Source: Octopus sinensis
Taxonomy: Eukaryota
Length of the DNA stretch: 64,000 nt
Reading direction: 5' to 3'
NCBI RefSeq assembly: GCF_006345805.1
Contig: NC_043023.1
Location: 16,182,001 to 16,246,000, forward strand
The notes beneath the pieces were generated by a model, which saw only the letters and a list, made by a program, of their open reading frames with translations, made no database searches and was not told the DNA's origin. Positions 51,988-64,000 of the stretch are shown piece after piece. Positions within the stretch are counted from its first letter, which is position 1; each line of letters begins with the position of its first letter. The translations under genes were made by a program, and so were the position numbers.

Positions 51988-52259
51988 CATACAGCTAGCT
52001 GGCATTCAATTGGCGTATCAAGTTTCGGGCATTTTGATTGGGTTTTGGATAGAAAATTCACAAAAAGTTACTTCTATTGAATTTTTAATGGCTTTGCGGG
52101 TTGACTGAGGAAATGTAAAGATGTGCACGACCACCCTTGGACGGTATTGAATGACCATAGAAAGTGCGAGCTCTCTAACTGAAAAATTGTGGACGTCTAT
52201 TGAGGTGAAAACATTCTGTGCCGTAAATTCTATAGTTTGTAAGATATTTGTTGCTGTTT

Positions 52260-52515
52260 TTTCTTCAATTTCTTCAATTTCAACCAATCAATGACGTCTA
52301 TTGAGGTGAAAACATTCTGTGCCGTATGAATATGTCCTTCGTTTAAGAAACAGATTGGGTTTATTTACATTTCTGAAGAAAAAAAGATACCCTTCCCCCA
52401 CCCCTAACCCTAAAACAGATTGAAATGCAATAGATCGATACTAGGGTCATAATTATGGGTGACAACTTCATATGACACCGCTAGAAAAAACTGCCGTCCA
52501 AACCGAAAAGATCCC
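52260..52515 (-). mobile_element. Left half of the GGGATCTTTTCGG MITE, inverted
   Basis: Ends ...CTGCCGTCCAAACCGAAAAGATCCC|AT. Confidence 0.8.
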
Positions 52516-52915
52516 ATGTCTTTTCTAGTTTGAAGCATTCAATATACATTGAATGTGTTAGCAGGAACTTAAAATATTTATCCAAAAACGTTATTTAGCT
52601 GTTAGTTTTAGCACACCTCACAACCACCTCAATAACAAAAAGAAGCGTGGGATCTTTTCGGTTTGAATGGCAGTTTTTTCTAGCGGTGTCATATGAAATT
52701 GTCACCCATAATTATGACCCTAGTATCGATCTATTGCATTTCAATCTGTTTTAGGGTTAGGGTTGGGGGGAATGTATCTTTTTTTCTTCAGAAATGTAAA
52801 TAAACCCAATCTGTTTCTTAAACGAAGGACATATATTCATACGGCACAGAATGTTTTCACCTCAATAGACGTCATTGATTGGTTGAAAGTGAAGAAATTG
52901 AAGGAAAAAAACAAC

Positions 52916-54201
52916 AAATATCTTACAAACTATAGAATTTTCTCAATAAAGCCAAGAGAAAAAGATGTTTTATAAACACATTCTACCAGTATACGAAGTT
53001 TAAAAGTGTTTAGTTACGTGGAAATTATTTTAAAAAACTGCCGGTCAAACCGAAAAGATCCCAAATATCTTACAAACTATAGAATTTTCTCAATAAAGCC
53101 AAGAGAAAAAGATGTTTTATAAACACATTCTACCAGTATACGAAGTTTAAAAGTGTTTAGTTACGTGGAAATTATTTTAAAAAACTGCCGGTCAAACCGA
53201 AAAGATCCCAAATATCTTACAAACATATAGAATTTTCTCAATAAAGCCAAGAGAAAAAGATGTTTTATAAACACATTCTACCAGTATACGAAGTTTAAAA
53301 GTGTTTAGTTACGTGGAAATTATTTTAAAAAACTGCCGGTCAAACCGAAAAGATCCCAAATATCTTACAAACTATAGAATTTTCTCAATAAAGCCAAGAG
53401 AAAAAGATGTTTTATAAACACATTCTACCAGTATACGAAGTTTAAAAGTGTTTAGTTACGTGGAAATTATTTTAAAAAACTGCCGGTCAAACCGAAAAGA
53501 TCCCAAATATCTTACAAACTATAGAATTTTCTCAATAAAGCCAAGAGAAAAAGATGTTTTATAAACACATTCTACCAGTATACGAAGTTTAAAAGTGTTT
53601 AGTTACGTGGAAATTATTTTAAAAAACTGCCGGTCAAACCGAAAAGATCCCAAATATCTTACAAACTATAGAATTTTCTCAATAAAGCCAAGAGAAAAAG
53701 ATGTTTTATAAACACATTCTACCAGTATACGAAGTTTAAAAGTGTTTAGTTACGTGGAAATTATTTTAAAAAACTGCCGGTCAAACCGAAAAGATCCCAA
53801 ATATCTTACAAACTATAGAATTTTCTCAATAAAGCCAAGAGAAAAAGATGTTTTATAAACACATTCTACCAGTATACGAAGTTTAAAAGTGTTTAGTTAC
53901 GTGGAAATTATTTTAAAAAACTGCCGGTCAAACCGAAAAGATCCCAAATATCTTACAAACATATAGAATTTTCTCAATAAAGCCAAGAGAAAAAGATGTT
54001 TTATAAACACATTCTACCAGTATACGAAGTTTAAAAGTGTTTAGTTACGTGGAAATTATTTTAAAAAACTGCCGGTCAAACCGAAAAGATCCCAAATATC
54101 TTACAAACTATAGAATTTTCTCAATAAAGCCAAGAGAAAAAGATGTTTTATAAACACATTCTACCTGTATACGAAGTTTAAAAGTGTTTAGTTACGTGGA
54201 A
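52916..54201 (+). repeat. MITE-derived satellite: eight full 147/148-bp units plus one partial unit
   Basis: Units start at 52916, 53063, 53210, 53358, 53505, 53652, 53799, 53946 and 54094. Preceded by the MITE left half (52649) and followed by its inverted left half (about 54220-54416). Confidence 0.95.
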
Positions 54202-54454
54202 CCTATTCAGGTAAAAAAAACATTCTGTGCCGTATGAATATGTCCCTTGTTTAAGAAACAGATTGGGTTTATTTACATTTGTGAAGGAAAAAAGATACCC
54301 TTTCCCTAACCCTAAAACAGATTGAAATGCAATAGATCGATACTAGGGTCATAATTATGGGTGACAATTTCATATGACTCCGCTAGGAAAAACTGCCGTT
54401 CAAACCGAAAAGATCCGTTTCAGCTAATTTAGAAAACCGAACATATATTTTTTT

Positions 54455-55040
54455 ATTGCCCACAAGGGGCTAAACATAGAGGGGACAAACAATGACAGAC
54501 AAACGGATTAAGTCGATTATATCGACCCAGTGCGAAACTGGTACTTTATTTTTCGACCCCGAAAGGATGAAAGGCAAAGTCGACCTCGGCGGAATTTGAA
54601 CTCAGAACATCACGGCAGATGAAATACCTATTTCTTTACTACTCACAAGGGGCTAAACATAAAGGGGACAAACAAGGACAGACAAACGGATTAAGTCGAT
54701 TATATCGACCCAGTGCGAAACTGGTACTTTATTTATCGACCACGAGAGGATGAAAGGCAAAGTCGACCTCGACAGAATTTGAACTCAGAACATCACGGCA
54801 GACGAAATACCTATTTCTTTACTACCCACAAGGGGCTAAACATAGAGGGGACAAACAAGGACAGACAAACGGATTAAGTCGATTATATCGACCCAGTGCG
54901 TAACTGGTACTTTATTTATCGACCCCGAGAGGATGAAAGGCAAAGTCGACCCCGGCGGAATTTGAACTCAGAACGTAAAGACAGACGAAATACAGCTAAG
55001 CATTTCGCCCGGCTGCGCTAACGTTTCTGCCAGCTCACCT
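54455..55040 (-). mobile_element. SINE family B, one head plus three body units of about 180 bp
   Basis: Family motif repeated three times. Confidence 0.85.
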
Positions 55041-55064
55041 GTCTTTCTATCAAACCTGGTATAC

Positions 55065-55283
55065 TCTTTTACTCTTTTACTTGTTTCAGTCATTTGACTG
55101 TGGCCATGCTGGAGCACCGCCTTTTAGTCGAGCAAATCGACCCCGGGACTTATTCTTTGTAAGCCCAGTACTTATTCTATCGGTCTCATTGGCCGAACCG
55201 CTAAGTGACGGGGACGTAAACACACCAGCATCGGTTGTCAAGCAATGCTAGGGGGACAAACACACACAAACATATACACACAC

Positions 55284-55344
<61 letters not shown>

Positions 55345-55914
55345 TACGACAGGTTTCTTTCAGTTTCCGTCTACCAAATCCACTTACAAGGCTTTGGTAA
55401 GCCCGAGGCTATAGTAGAAGACACTTGCCCAAGATGCCACGCAGTGGGACTGAACCCGGAACCTTGTGGTTGGTTAGCAAGCTACTTACCACACATCTCA
55501 ACACCTGACATAAAACCATCTCCCTCTCTACATAGAAAGCCGCGTTATTTTGACAATTCCATTTCGAATTTAATTAACCGTCAGTTTAGTTCAAATGCAT
55601 TTCAACTCATAAACGCAGAACTGTTAATGACCATCCAGGGTCAATATAAAGACCCTTTTTTTTTTTTACAGGATCTCACGTTTTTGGTTATGAAAGGATC
55701 CAATACCGAAAAAGAAATTTTTTTTCAAACAATCGCATTTTCAAAATTCCGATACCGCTCCTCCTAGAATTTTTTGCGAAATACGTAGCAAAATAAAACT
55801 ACAATTCTGAAAATTGGCTTGTAAAATTTAAATTTTTCAAAAACAATTTATATATGGCGGTGCCCCAGCATGGCCACAGCTTATAAGCTGAAACTAGAAT
55901 CAATCAATCAATCA

Positions 55915-55956
<42 letters not shown>

Positions 55957-56313
55957 GCTTGCTTGCCAACCACATGGTTCCGGGTTCAGTCCCGCTGCGT
56001 GGCACCTTGGGCAAGTGTCTTCTACAATAGCCTCGGGCCGACCAAAGCCTTGTGAGTGGATTTGGTAGACGGAAACATGAAAGAAGCCCCTCGAATATAT
56101 ACATATATGTATGTGTGTGTGTGCGTGTTTGTCCCCCTAGCATTGCTTGACAACCGATGCTGGTGTGTTTAGGTCCCCGTCACTTATCGGTTCGGCAAAG
56201 AGACCGATATAATAAGTACTGGGCTTACAAAGAATAAGTCCCGGGGTCGAGTTGCTCGACTAAAGGTGGTGCTCCAGCATGGCCGCAGTCAAATGACTGA
56301 AACAAGTAAAAGA

Positions 56314-56315
<2 letters not shown>
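55065..56315. mobile_element. SINE A copies at 55065-55495 (-) and 55950-56315 (+)
   Basis: Family head and tail motifs. Confidence 0.8.
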
Positions 56316-56350
<35 letters not shown>

Positions 56351-56425
56351 TATATATATATATATACATATATATATGTATATATATATTATATATATGT
56401 GTGTATGTATATATATATATATATG

Positions 56426-56479
<54 letters not shown>

Positions 56480-56534
56480 GAGTAAACACATAAATGTGAA
56501 ACAAGGTGGAAAAAAGAGTACTCAAATTCTAGCA

Positions 56535-56575
56535 AAAACTGTCCGACGAATGAGAATGTGAAAGTAACAGGTTTT
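56535..56575 (+). ncRNA. Degenerate second copy of the 18046 hammerhead-like motif (stem III deleted)
   Basis: aaaactgt-CCGACGA-atgagaatgt-GAAA-GTA-acaggtttt; followed by the same GAATTTTCTGCTGCTTTAATAAAG. Confidence 0.5.
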
Positions 56576-56607
56576 GTTGAATTTTCTGCTGCTTTAATAA
56601 AGTATAT

Positions 56608-56702
<95 letters not shown>

Positions 56703-56715
56703 CATGTATATATGT

Positions 56716-56774
<59 letters not shown>

Positions 56775-56775
56775 A

Positions 56776-56900
56776 TAATAATGCCGTCTATATAATATAA
56801 ATAAATATATTCAAGTGGAAAAAATTTACAGATTTTTTCTCTTATAAGGTTTTTCACGCTAACTACCTGATAATTTCTTATTAACATTTTATCCTATTTT

Positions 56901-56948
<48 letters not shown>

Positions 56949-57078
56949 TATGATTTAAAAATAGGATAAAATCTTCATAAGAAATTATCAGGTAGCGTGA
57001 AAAACCTTATAAGAGAAAAAATCTGTCAATTTTTTCCACTTGAATATATTTATTTATATTATATAGACGGCATTATTA
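56776..57078. repeat. Fold-back with about 125-bp arms around a (TA)n loop
   Basis: TAATAATGCCGTCTATATAA...ATCCTATTTTTAAAT and its reverse complement at about 56954-57078. Confidence 0.85.
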
Positions 57079-57416
57079 CACTTAAATGCCGCATTCGGTA
57101 CGATACGTTTATTTTGGTAGTTTTGACTTTAAGAGTGCCTCCTAGCGTGTGGCATTTATGTGTAATAATGCCCTCTATATAATATAATTATATATATATA
57201 CCAACAATTGAGGAACGGCCTCAATAGGCCATTCATCCCATTAGAAAGAGCAGCCAGGACTCCAAGTTGAATTTATTTATAGCCTCTGACTATTTCCTCT
57301 TTCTCACTAGACCGCTGGTGGCAAAATAATTTCTATTGAATTTCTTGCTACCCTGAATTGATTAATTGAATATATATATATATATATATGTATGTATATA
57401 CCTTCAAGCAGGCGAG

Positions 57417-57918
57417 CCACATGCTAGAAATAACGGCCAAATCTCACAAAACTGCGATAACATAATGGACCTACTAACCTTTCTGCAAAGGGGGCCTTTC
57501 CTTCGTTTCAACTGGACAATTCACTTTGGATATCTTCGTGACCTCCGTGACAGTGTGCGGGTTCTGTTTTTAAGTATCTACGTGTTGTGGGATATAGATA
57601 TAAACGAAATTATGCCAGTAAAAAGCCTTGCATCTTAGACATTCTTACGGCTCGGCATTCAGTGGTTTGTAGTGTTCTTGTACCGAAAGCAAATTCTCAG
57701 TTCACGAAGACATCACGTGAATTGTCACGAAAAAAACCCAACGGGTCTTGTGATGGTTTTATTCCATTTAAAACGAAGGAACGCCCTGCAAAAGATATCT
57801 TCGGAAAGACCTCGGCTTTTTGGGTTTTATTTTTGGTGGTGGGATGGGCAGAAGTCTAAGAAATTCATGTGAAATTGAAGTATTTTTGTGAGATTTGGCT
57901 GCCATTTCTAGCATGTGG
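57417..57918. repeat. Fold-back with 35-bp imperfect arms
   Basis: CCACATGCTAGAAATAACGGCCAAATCTCACAAAA versus TTTTGTGAGATTTGGCTGCCATTTCTAGCATGTGG. Confidence 0.7.
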
Positions 57919-57949
57919 ATAGCCTCCATGAAGATACATACACACATAT

Positions 57950-58113
57950 GGTACTACTTGAGAATAGTGGTCCCGGTGCGCGCTACCTAGTCGTGACTAA
58001 TCGATCCTACAACGACTAGCAAGGTAAATAAAACACAAAGGATAGACTAGTCATGAGTAGCTAGTGCGGATGCGCGACTACGCGCACAGGGACCACTGTT
58101 CTCAAGTAGTACC
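57950..58113. mobile_element. 164-bp MITE with 33-bp TIRs; relatives near 17335-17500 and 63088-63145
   Basis: GGTACTACTTGAGAATAGTGGTCCCGGTGCGCG / CGCGCACAGGGACCACTGTTCTCAAGTAGTACC (2 mismatches). Confidence 0.8.
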
Positions 58114-58156
58114 CACACACACACACATATATATATGTATATACACATATATATGT

Positions 58157-58923
58157 GTGTGTGTGTATATATATACTCTTTTACTTGTTTCAGTCATCTG
58201 ACTGCGGTCATGCTGGAGCACCGCCTTTAATCGAGCAACTCGACCCCGGGACTTATTCTTTGTAAGCCCAGTACTTATTCTATCGGTCTCTTTTCGCCGA
58301 ACCGCTAAGTAACGGGGACATAAACACACCAGCATCGGTTGTCAAGCAATGCTAGGGGGACAAACACACACGCATATATATATACATACGACGGGCATCT
58401 TTCAGTTTCCGTCTACCAAATCCACTCACAAGGCATTGGTTGGCTCGAGGCTATAGTAGAAGACACCTGCCCAAGGTGCCACACAGTGGGACTGAACCCG
58501 GAACCATGTGGTTGGTAAACAAGCTACTTACCACACAGCCACTCCTCCGCCTAGTACATATATATATATAAGAAAAAGGGACAGGCAAAACAGGTTGCTT
58601 GACCGCATACCGAAAAAATAGAAATAGCAGTCAAGAATGCTTATTTCTATCAAAGTTGGACTCCGGGCATGACAGACCCTGTGAATTACAGGGTCTGTCA
58701 TGCCCGGAGTCCAACTTTGATAGAAATAAGCATTCTTGACTGCTATTTCTATTTTTTCGGTATGCGGTCAAGCAACCTGTTTTGCCTGTCCCTTTCTCTT
58801 ATATACAATATATATACTGAACTTTACAGAAGTTCCTGCCGGTAATCGGCTATATTTACATACCGAATTCTACCAGTAAATAATTGGGGTTTTTTTAAAA
58901 GCCTTTATAGAAATTATTTACTC

Positions 58924-58969
<46 letters not shown>

Positions 58970-59368
58970 TGCAGGAGTGGCTGTATGGTAAGTAGCTTGC
59001 TAACCAACCACATGGTTCCGGGTTCAGTCCCACTGCGTGGCACCTTCCGCAGGTGTCTTCTGCTATAGCCCCGGGCCGACCAATGCCTTGTGAGTGGATT
59101 TGGTAGACGGAAACTGAAAGAAGCCCGTCGTATATATGTGTGTGTGCATGTATGTTTGTGTGTCTGTCCCCCTAGCATTGTTTGACAACCGATGCTGGTG
59201 TGTTTATGTCCCCGTCACTTAGCGGTTCGGCAAAAAGAGACCGATAGAATAAGTACTGGGCTTACAAAAGAATAAGTCCCGGGGTAGAGTTGCTCGATTA
59301 AAGGCGGTGCTCCAGCATGGCCGCAGTCAAATGACTGAAACAAGTAAAAGAGTAAAGAGTAAAGAGAG
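58157..59368. mobile_element. SINE A copies at 58157-58555 (-) and 58967-59368 (+)
   Basis: Family motifs. Confidence 0.8.
58564..58806. repeat. Near-perfect palindrome with about 118-bp arms and a 5-nt loop
   Basis: The centre reads CATGACAGACCCTGT-GAATT-ACAGGGTCTGTCATG; one mismatch seen near the outer end. Confidence 0.95.
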
Positions 59369-59938
59369 TATATATATATATATATATGTACATATACATA
59401 TACATTCCTTTCGCAATGGGATCCTCCATAACCAAAACGTGCGATTCCGTAAAAAAAAAAAACCAACCTATTTTACCGGAAAAATCGGATCCTACGAATT
59501 TTCCGAAAGCCCCCTCCCCACCTCAGGGATAGTCAGCGTGCAGTTTGGCGTAACTTCGATATAGGTACCGGATACATTTCAAGAAAGGTTTTTTTATATA
59601 CATATAGGCTGTTAGGGGTGAGAGAAAAGGGCTTCTGTTATCTTCAGAAATGTAAAGAAAGCCAACTCCGGCACTTATGGTACCTATACCGAAGGATCGC
59701 CCGCAGTTTTCCTCATATTCCTATTCCACACTTGCTAACACCCGCTAGGCTGGTTTATATTTTCTTGTTCCTCGTTGAAGGTCTTTTTATTGACCCGCAA
59801 ATGCATCTTAACCAATCCATATTAATCTTACTATAGAAAAGTTACTCTCAGAAAATGAACAAACAGAAGCGATTAGCATCTCAACGATCGAAAGAGAATA
59901 GTCAGGATTTACAGAAAAAAATAAATTCGTTTGCGCAA

Positions 59939-60385
59939 TCTCTCTATATATAAAGCTGAAGTTGTCTGTTTGTGACTGGTTTGGTAGCCTTCAACTAATA
60001 TTATCTCCTCCGAGACCCTGCGGCGCAAGTTGACCAAAATTGAGAGTATGATAGAAGAAGGCTTGCTCTTCCTTCCGTAGAAGAAAAAATTCAAATCGGA
60101 CCATGTTAACACCAAAAATTATTTACATCAAAAAGGTGCTTTTTATCTATGAAAATCCCTATTTTTTACGATTCTTTTCACTGCTATGTCGTCATTTTTC
60201 GGTGTATTTCAACCAGAAAAATGTTCACTTACGTCAAAAAGGTGCTTCTTTTCTATGAAAATCCCTATCTTTTACCATATTTTGACTACTGCTTCATCAC
60301 TTTTCGGTGTATTTCAACCAGAAAAATGTTCCCTTAGTGAAATAAGATAGAGATTCTGAAACAGAATGGTTTGTAACATTACAAC

Positions 60386-60420
<35 letters not shown>

Positions 60421-60660
60421 GTAGAAGTTTTGCTCTTCCTTCCGTAGAAGATAAAATTCAAATCGGACCATGATAACACCTAAAAGGTGCTTTTTCTCTA
60501 TGAAAATCCTTATATTTTACGTTTTTGACTGCTGTGTCGATATTTTTCGGTGTATTTCAACCAGAAAAATGTTCACTTAAAGAGAATAACAAGCCACATA
60601 ATGGGAAATTTTTACTTTTCGAAAACTCCAAACAAAGCCGAGCAACAACGGGCGATTTAT
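59939..60660 (+). mobile_element. Helitron H2 copy with internal repeats and a degenerate 3' end
   Basis: TCTCTCTATATATAAAGCTGAAG ... CCGAGCAACAACGGGCGAT. Confidence 0.7.
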
Positions 60661-60695
60661 ATTCATATTCGCTTGCTATACCAATGATAACACCA

Positions 60696-61126
60696 GAATA
60701 TTTGGCGATCTTTCGTCTCTAGTAGACCTTTCCGTCGATTTCCGTAAAACTTTTTTTTTTTACATATGGGCTTGCGGGAACTTTTGAAGTAACGAGAGCG
60801 AAAGAGACTAAGAGAAAGCGATTGTATGACGAGGGAAGTTCTTTTGAAGTTACCGTGCATGGGAGCATTGATGTATATGTGTGTGTGTGTGTGTTTGATG
60901 GGGTGTGGGAGACAGACAGTATGTTGTGTAAGTGAAGTGCTTCTGTTAGTGTGTGTGAAGAGACAGAGTAATGTGTGAAAGAAAGAGATAACTGAAATAT
61001 TTTACTCGGTGTATGTGTATATGTATGTATATTACTTCAAAAGTTCCCGCAAGCCCATATGTAAAAAAAAAAATTTTTTTACGGAGATCGACGGAAATGT
61101 CTACTAGATAGGGTCGCCAAATATTC
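60696..61126. mobile_element. 430-bp MITE with TIRs of about 95 bp
   Basis: GAATATTTGGCGA..CTAGTAGAC..TTCCGTCGAT..TTACATATGGGCTTGCGGGAACTTTTGAAGTAA and its reverse complement at 61032-61126. Confidence 0.8.
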
Positions 61127-61667
61127 ATATTGACCAAGAAAAATTAAAAGACAGAAAACAAGCTTCCTGAAAAAAGAAAAGTAAAGATAGCCAGCGCAAA
61201 ACATCGTATGTTTATGGAACTGAAAATGTGCATTATGAGGGGGGAAAATCGGATCCTGGTCCCCACCCGCGAGGTTCGCTTGCGCAAATCCCTTTTATCC
61301 ATATTCGCTCTCTACACAACTGCTAACACCCAGCAGGCTGCATTTTCTCCTGTCTTCGCTAAGGAACGAGGATCTTTACATTGACGAAGAAAAATCGGTT
61401 AATATAGGGCGCTACGATTATCAGAAAATCAAAAAAAAAATGTGTAATAGGTGTAAAACAACTTCCTATGAACGAATATGAAAAAAAAAATTCGCGCACG
61501 CGAAAGGGGGTGGGGGAGAGGCCTCGGAAAATTCACATCGGGAAGTTCCGAAAGCGTCTGAGGGGCTGACCCGGGCACCAAAACAAAAAAAAAATAGTGT
61601 AATATTGAGACAGAATTGAATAAACATAAACAACGGTCGAAAGAGAATACTTAGGATATAATGTGGC

Positions 61668-61683
61668 GGCCCTAAAAAGGGCC
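61668..61683 (-). terminator. Histone mRNA 3' stem-loop (H3)
   Basis: GGCCCTTTTTAGGGCC followed by GCCAC, 30 nt after the stop codon. Confidence 0.9.
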
Positions 61684-61712
61684 ATTTAAAATGCTGACAA
61701 AGCAACAGATAC

Positions 61713-62150
<438 letters not shown>

Positions 62151-62161
62151 TCAACCGTCAC

Positions 62162-62169
62162 TTTATATA
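62162..62169 (-). promoter_or_regulatory. TATA box of H3
   Basis: TATATAAA on the minus strand, about 40 nt upstream of the ATG. Confidence 0.7.
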
Positions 62170-62257
62170 GTGACCGTTAAAGAAGGAAAGATCGGGCGGG
62201 AAGATGGCTTTCTTAGATTTACAAATGACAGCTGCCCGCCAAACCGACTGCTGCTGA

Positions 62258-62707
<450 letters not shown>

Positions 62708-62740
62708 GCGAACATTCTTAAACTTCTTCTAGAACATACC

Positions 62741-62756
62741 GGCCCTTTTCAGGGCC
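62741..62756 (+). terminator. Histone mRNA 3' stem-loop (H4)
   Basis: GGCCCTTTTCAGGGCC followed by ACCCA. Confidence 0.95.
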
Positions 62757-64000
62757 ACCCACTTTTTAATTTAAGTCAACTCTTCTAAATCGCGATGTGC
62801 TTCATCTTTTTATACCTTAATTTGCAGCTAATGGTATTTAACGCGCCCCTTGGTGGGAACGATCCTTTACGAAATATTTACTTCGGTGGTGTGATTCGGG
62901 GGCGATCCTTCAGTATAGCTACACCTCTGAAGATAACCCTTTTCTCCCACCAACCCTAAACCCCTGTATTTATACCGAAGTTACGCCTTTTCGGGGAATG
63001 TGTATAAGTTGAAGGATGGCTTGCCTTTGCAAGCACTAGGGCACAAAGTGTCTAAAGCCAGCTGGAGGAGGTGTCTTCCTGGAGCTACAAATAGGATAGA
63101 CTGGTCACGACTGCGCGCACCGGGACCACGCTTAAGTAGTACCCATATTTCCCTCCGATATTCATGGGATCGGACGGCTGTCTCTGCTAATATCGTTAAT
63201 AAGCTTTGTTATTGCATAATCGGTCCATTGTGCTGAAGACAATCGAAAATGTTGGGAAATTTCATGAAAGTGAAAACCGTTGGCGGTTTTGCTATGTGCT
63301 TCTGTCAGAACTCCGGCCGCATTTGGAGACTGCAATACTTTAATCCGGGTGCAGGGTTGAATCTGTCTACACTTTTTACCGCTTTTTATCTTCATTGTTT
63401 ATTTGTCCTTATTTAATTTTCATTGTAATTTCATTCCTTTATAAATAACTCATCCGATTTCATTGTAAAAAGTTCCATGTTGACCCCATCTGTGTTAATC
63501 CGTATGGATAATAAAGAAATATACACTTTACCGCTATAAGATTTTTTTGTTTTGGTGGCTGTGTGTTAAATACATCTTTACGGTACAGCAGTAGTCCCTC
63601 GTCGCTATATCAGTTATTTAAGCTAACGATTCCTCCGTGGTGGTTTGCATTTAGAAATAGTTTATTCAAATAATAAAGAAATATATAGTATTTTATCAGA
63701 TTTTCGGTGTTGGAGGGATTATTGTACTGATGACAAACAAACCCAGCTGCTAACTGCAGGCGTTACACCTCGACAGGACAACGCCTTTAATGAAATTTCA
63801 CATAAATACCTAATTAAATTCTCAGTCGGTTATTAGTTCAGTTTAAATAAAACATTTCATTCCATGTTCTGTTTAAACTTTATAAATAAATATATTCTTG
63901 CATTATTCATTATTTTGTTTTTAAAAAGGAAATCACACCAAATCTACACAAATGACCACCACCGCGATCACACACACGTGTGTGTGTATATGTGGCTATA

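Noticed and set aside
59551-59563. loxP-half-like TAACTTCG(A/G)TATA here and at 62971-62983
   Set aside because: Only single imperfect half-sites are present, with no paired arms around an 8-bp spacer and no recombinase gene.

Overview
AT-rich, repeat-dominated animal genomic DNA, most likely a coleoid cephalopod (Octopus-like). This is inferred from the [16 protein letters not shown] zinc-finger array, the tRNA-derived SINE families and the very long (TA)n tracts. Host genes: a divergently transcribed, intact replication-dependent histone H3/H4 pair with 3' stem-loops (61713-62707) and a frameshifted C2H2 zinc-finger gene of about 14 fingers (22309-23700). The rest is a transposon graveyard. 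It holds a full-length Buster-type hAT element with an 8-bp TSD, a full-length decayed mariner, an internally deleted maT/DD37D-like element, and RTE, CR1, L1/Tx1, RLE-type (Hero-like) and Penelope (GIY-YIG) fragments. It also holds non-autonomous Helitrons, piggyBac-like and other MITEs, three SINE families, and several tandem arrays built from TE pieces (about 62, 147, 180 and 189 bp units). The most notable signal, not visible in the ORF track, is a set of at least five unrelated minimal hammerhead-ribozyme-like motifs. Some have variant cores (C4, G3:C8), and several sit at the centre of fold-back elements, suggesting a family of Penelope-LTR/retrozyme-like self-cleaving elements. Other leads: a PHD finger inside an RTE reverse transcriptase, a possible 10-kb inversion splitting one RTE, and histone 3' ends lacking the usual purine-rich downstream element. 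All alignments and folds were done by eye. SINE boundaries are approximate (about 10-20 nt).
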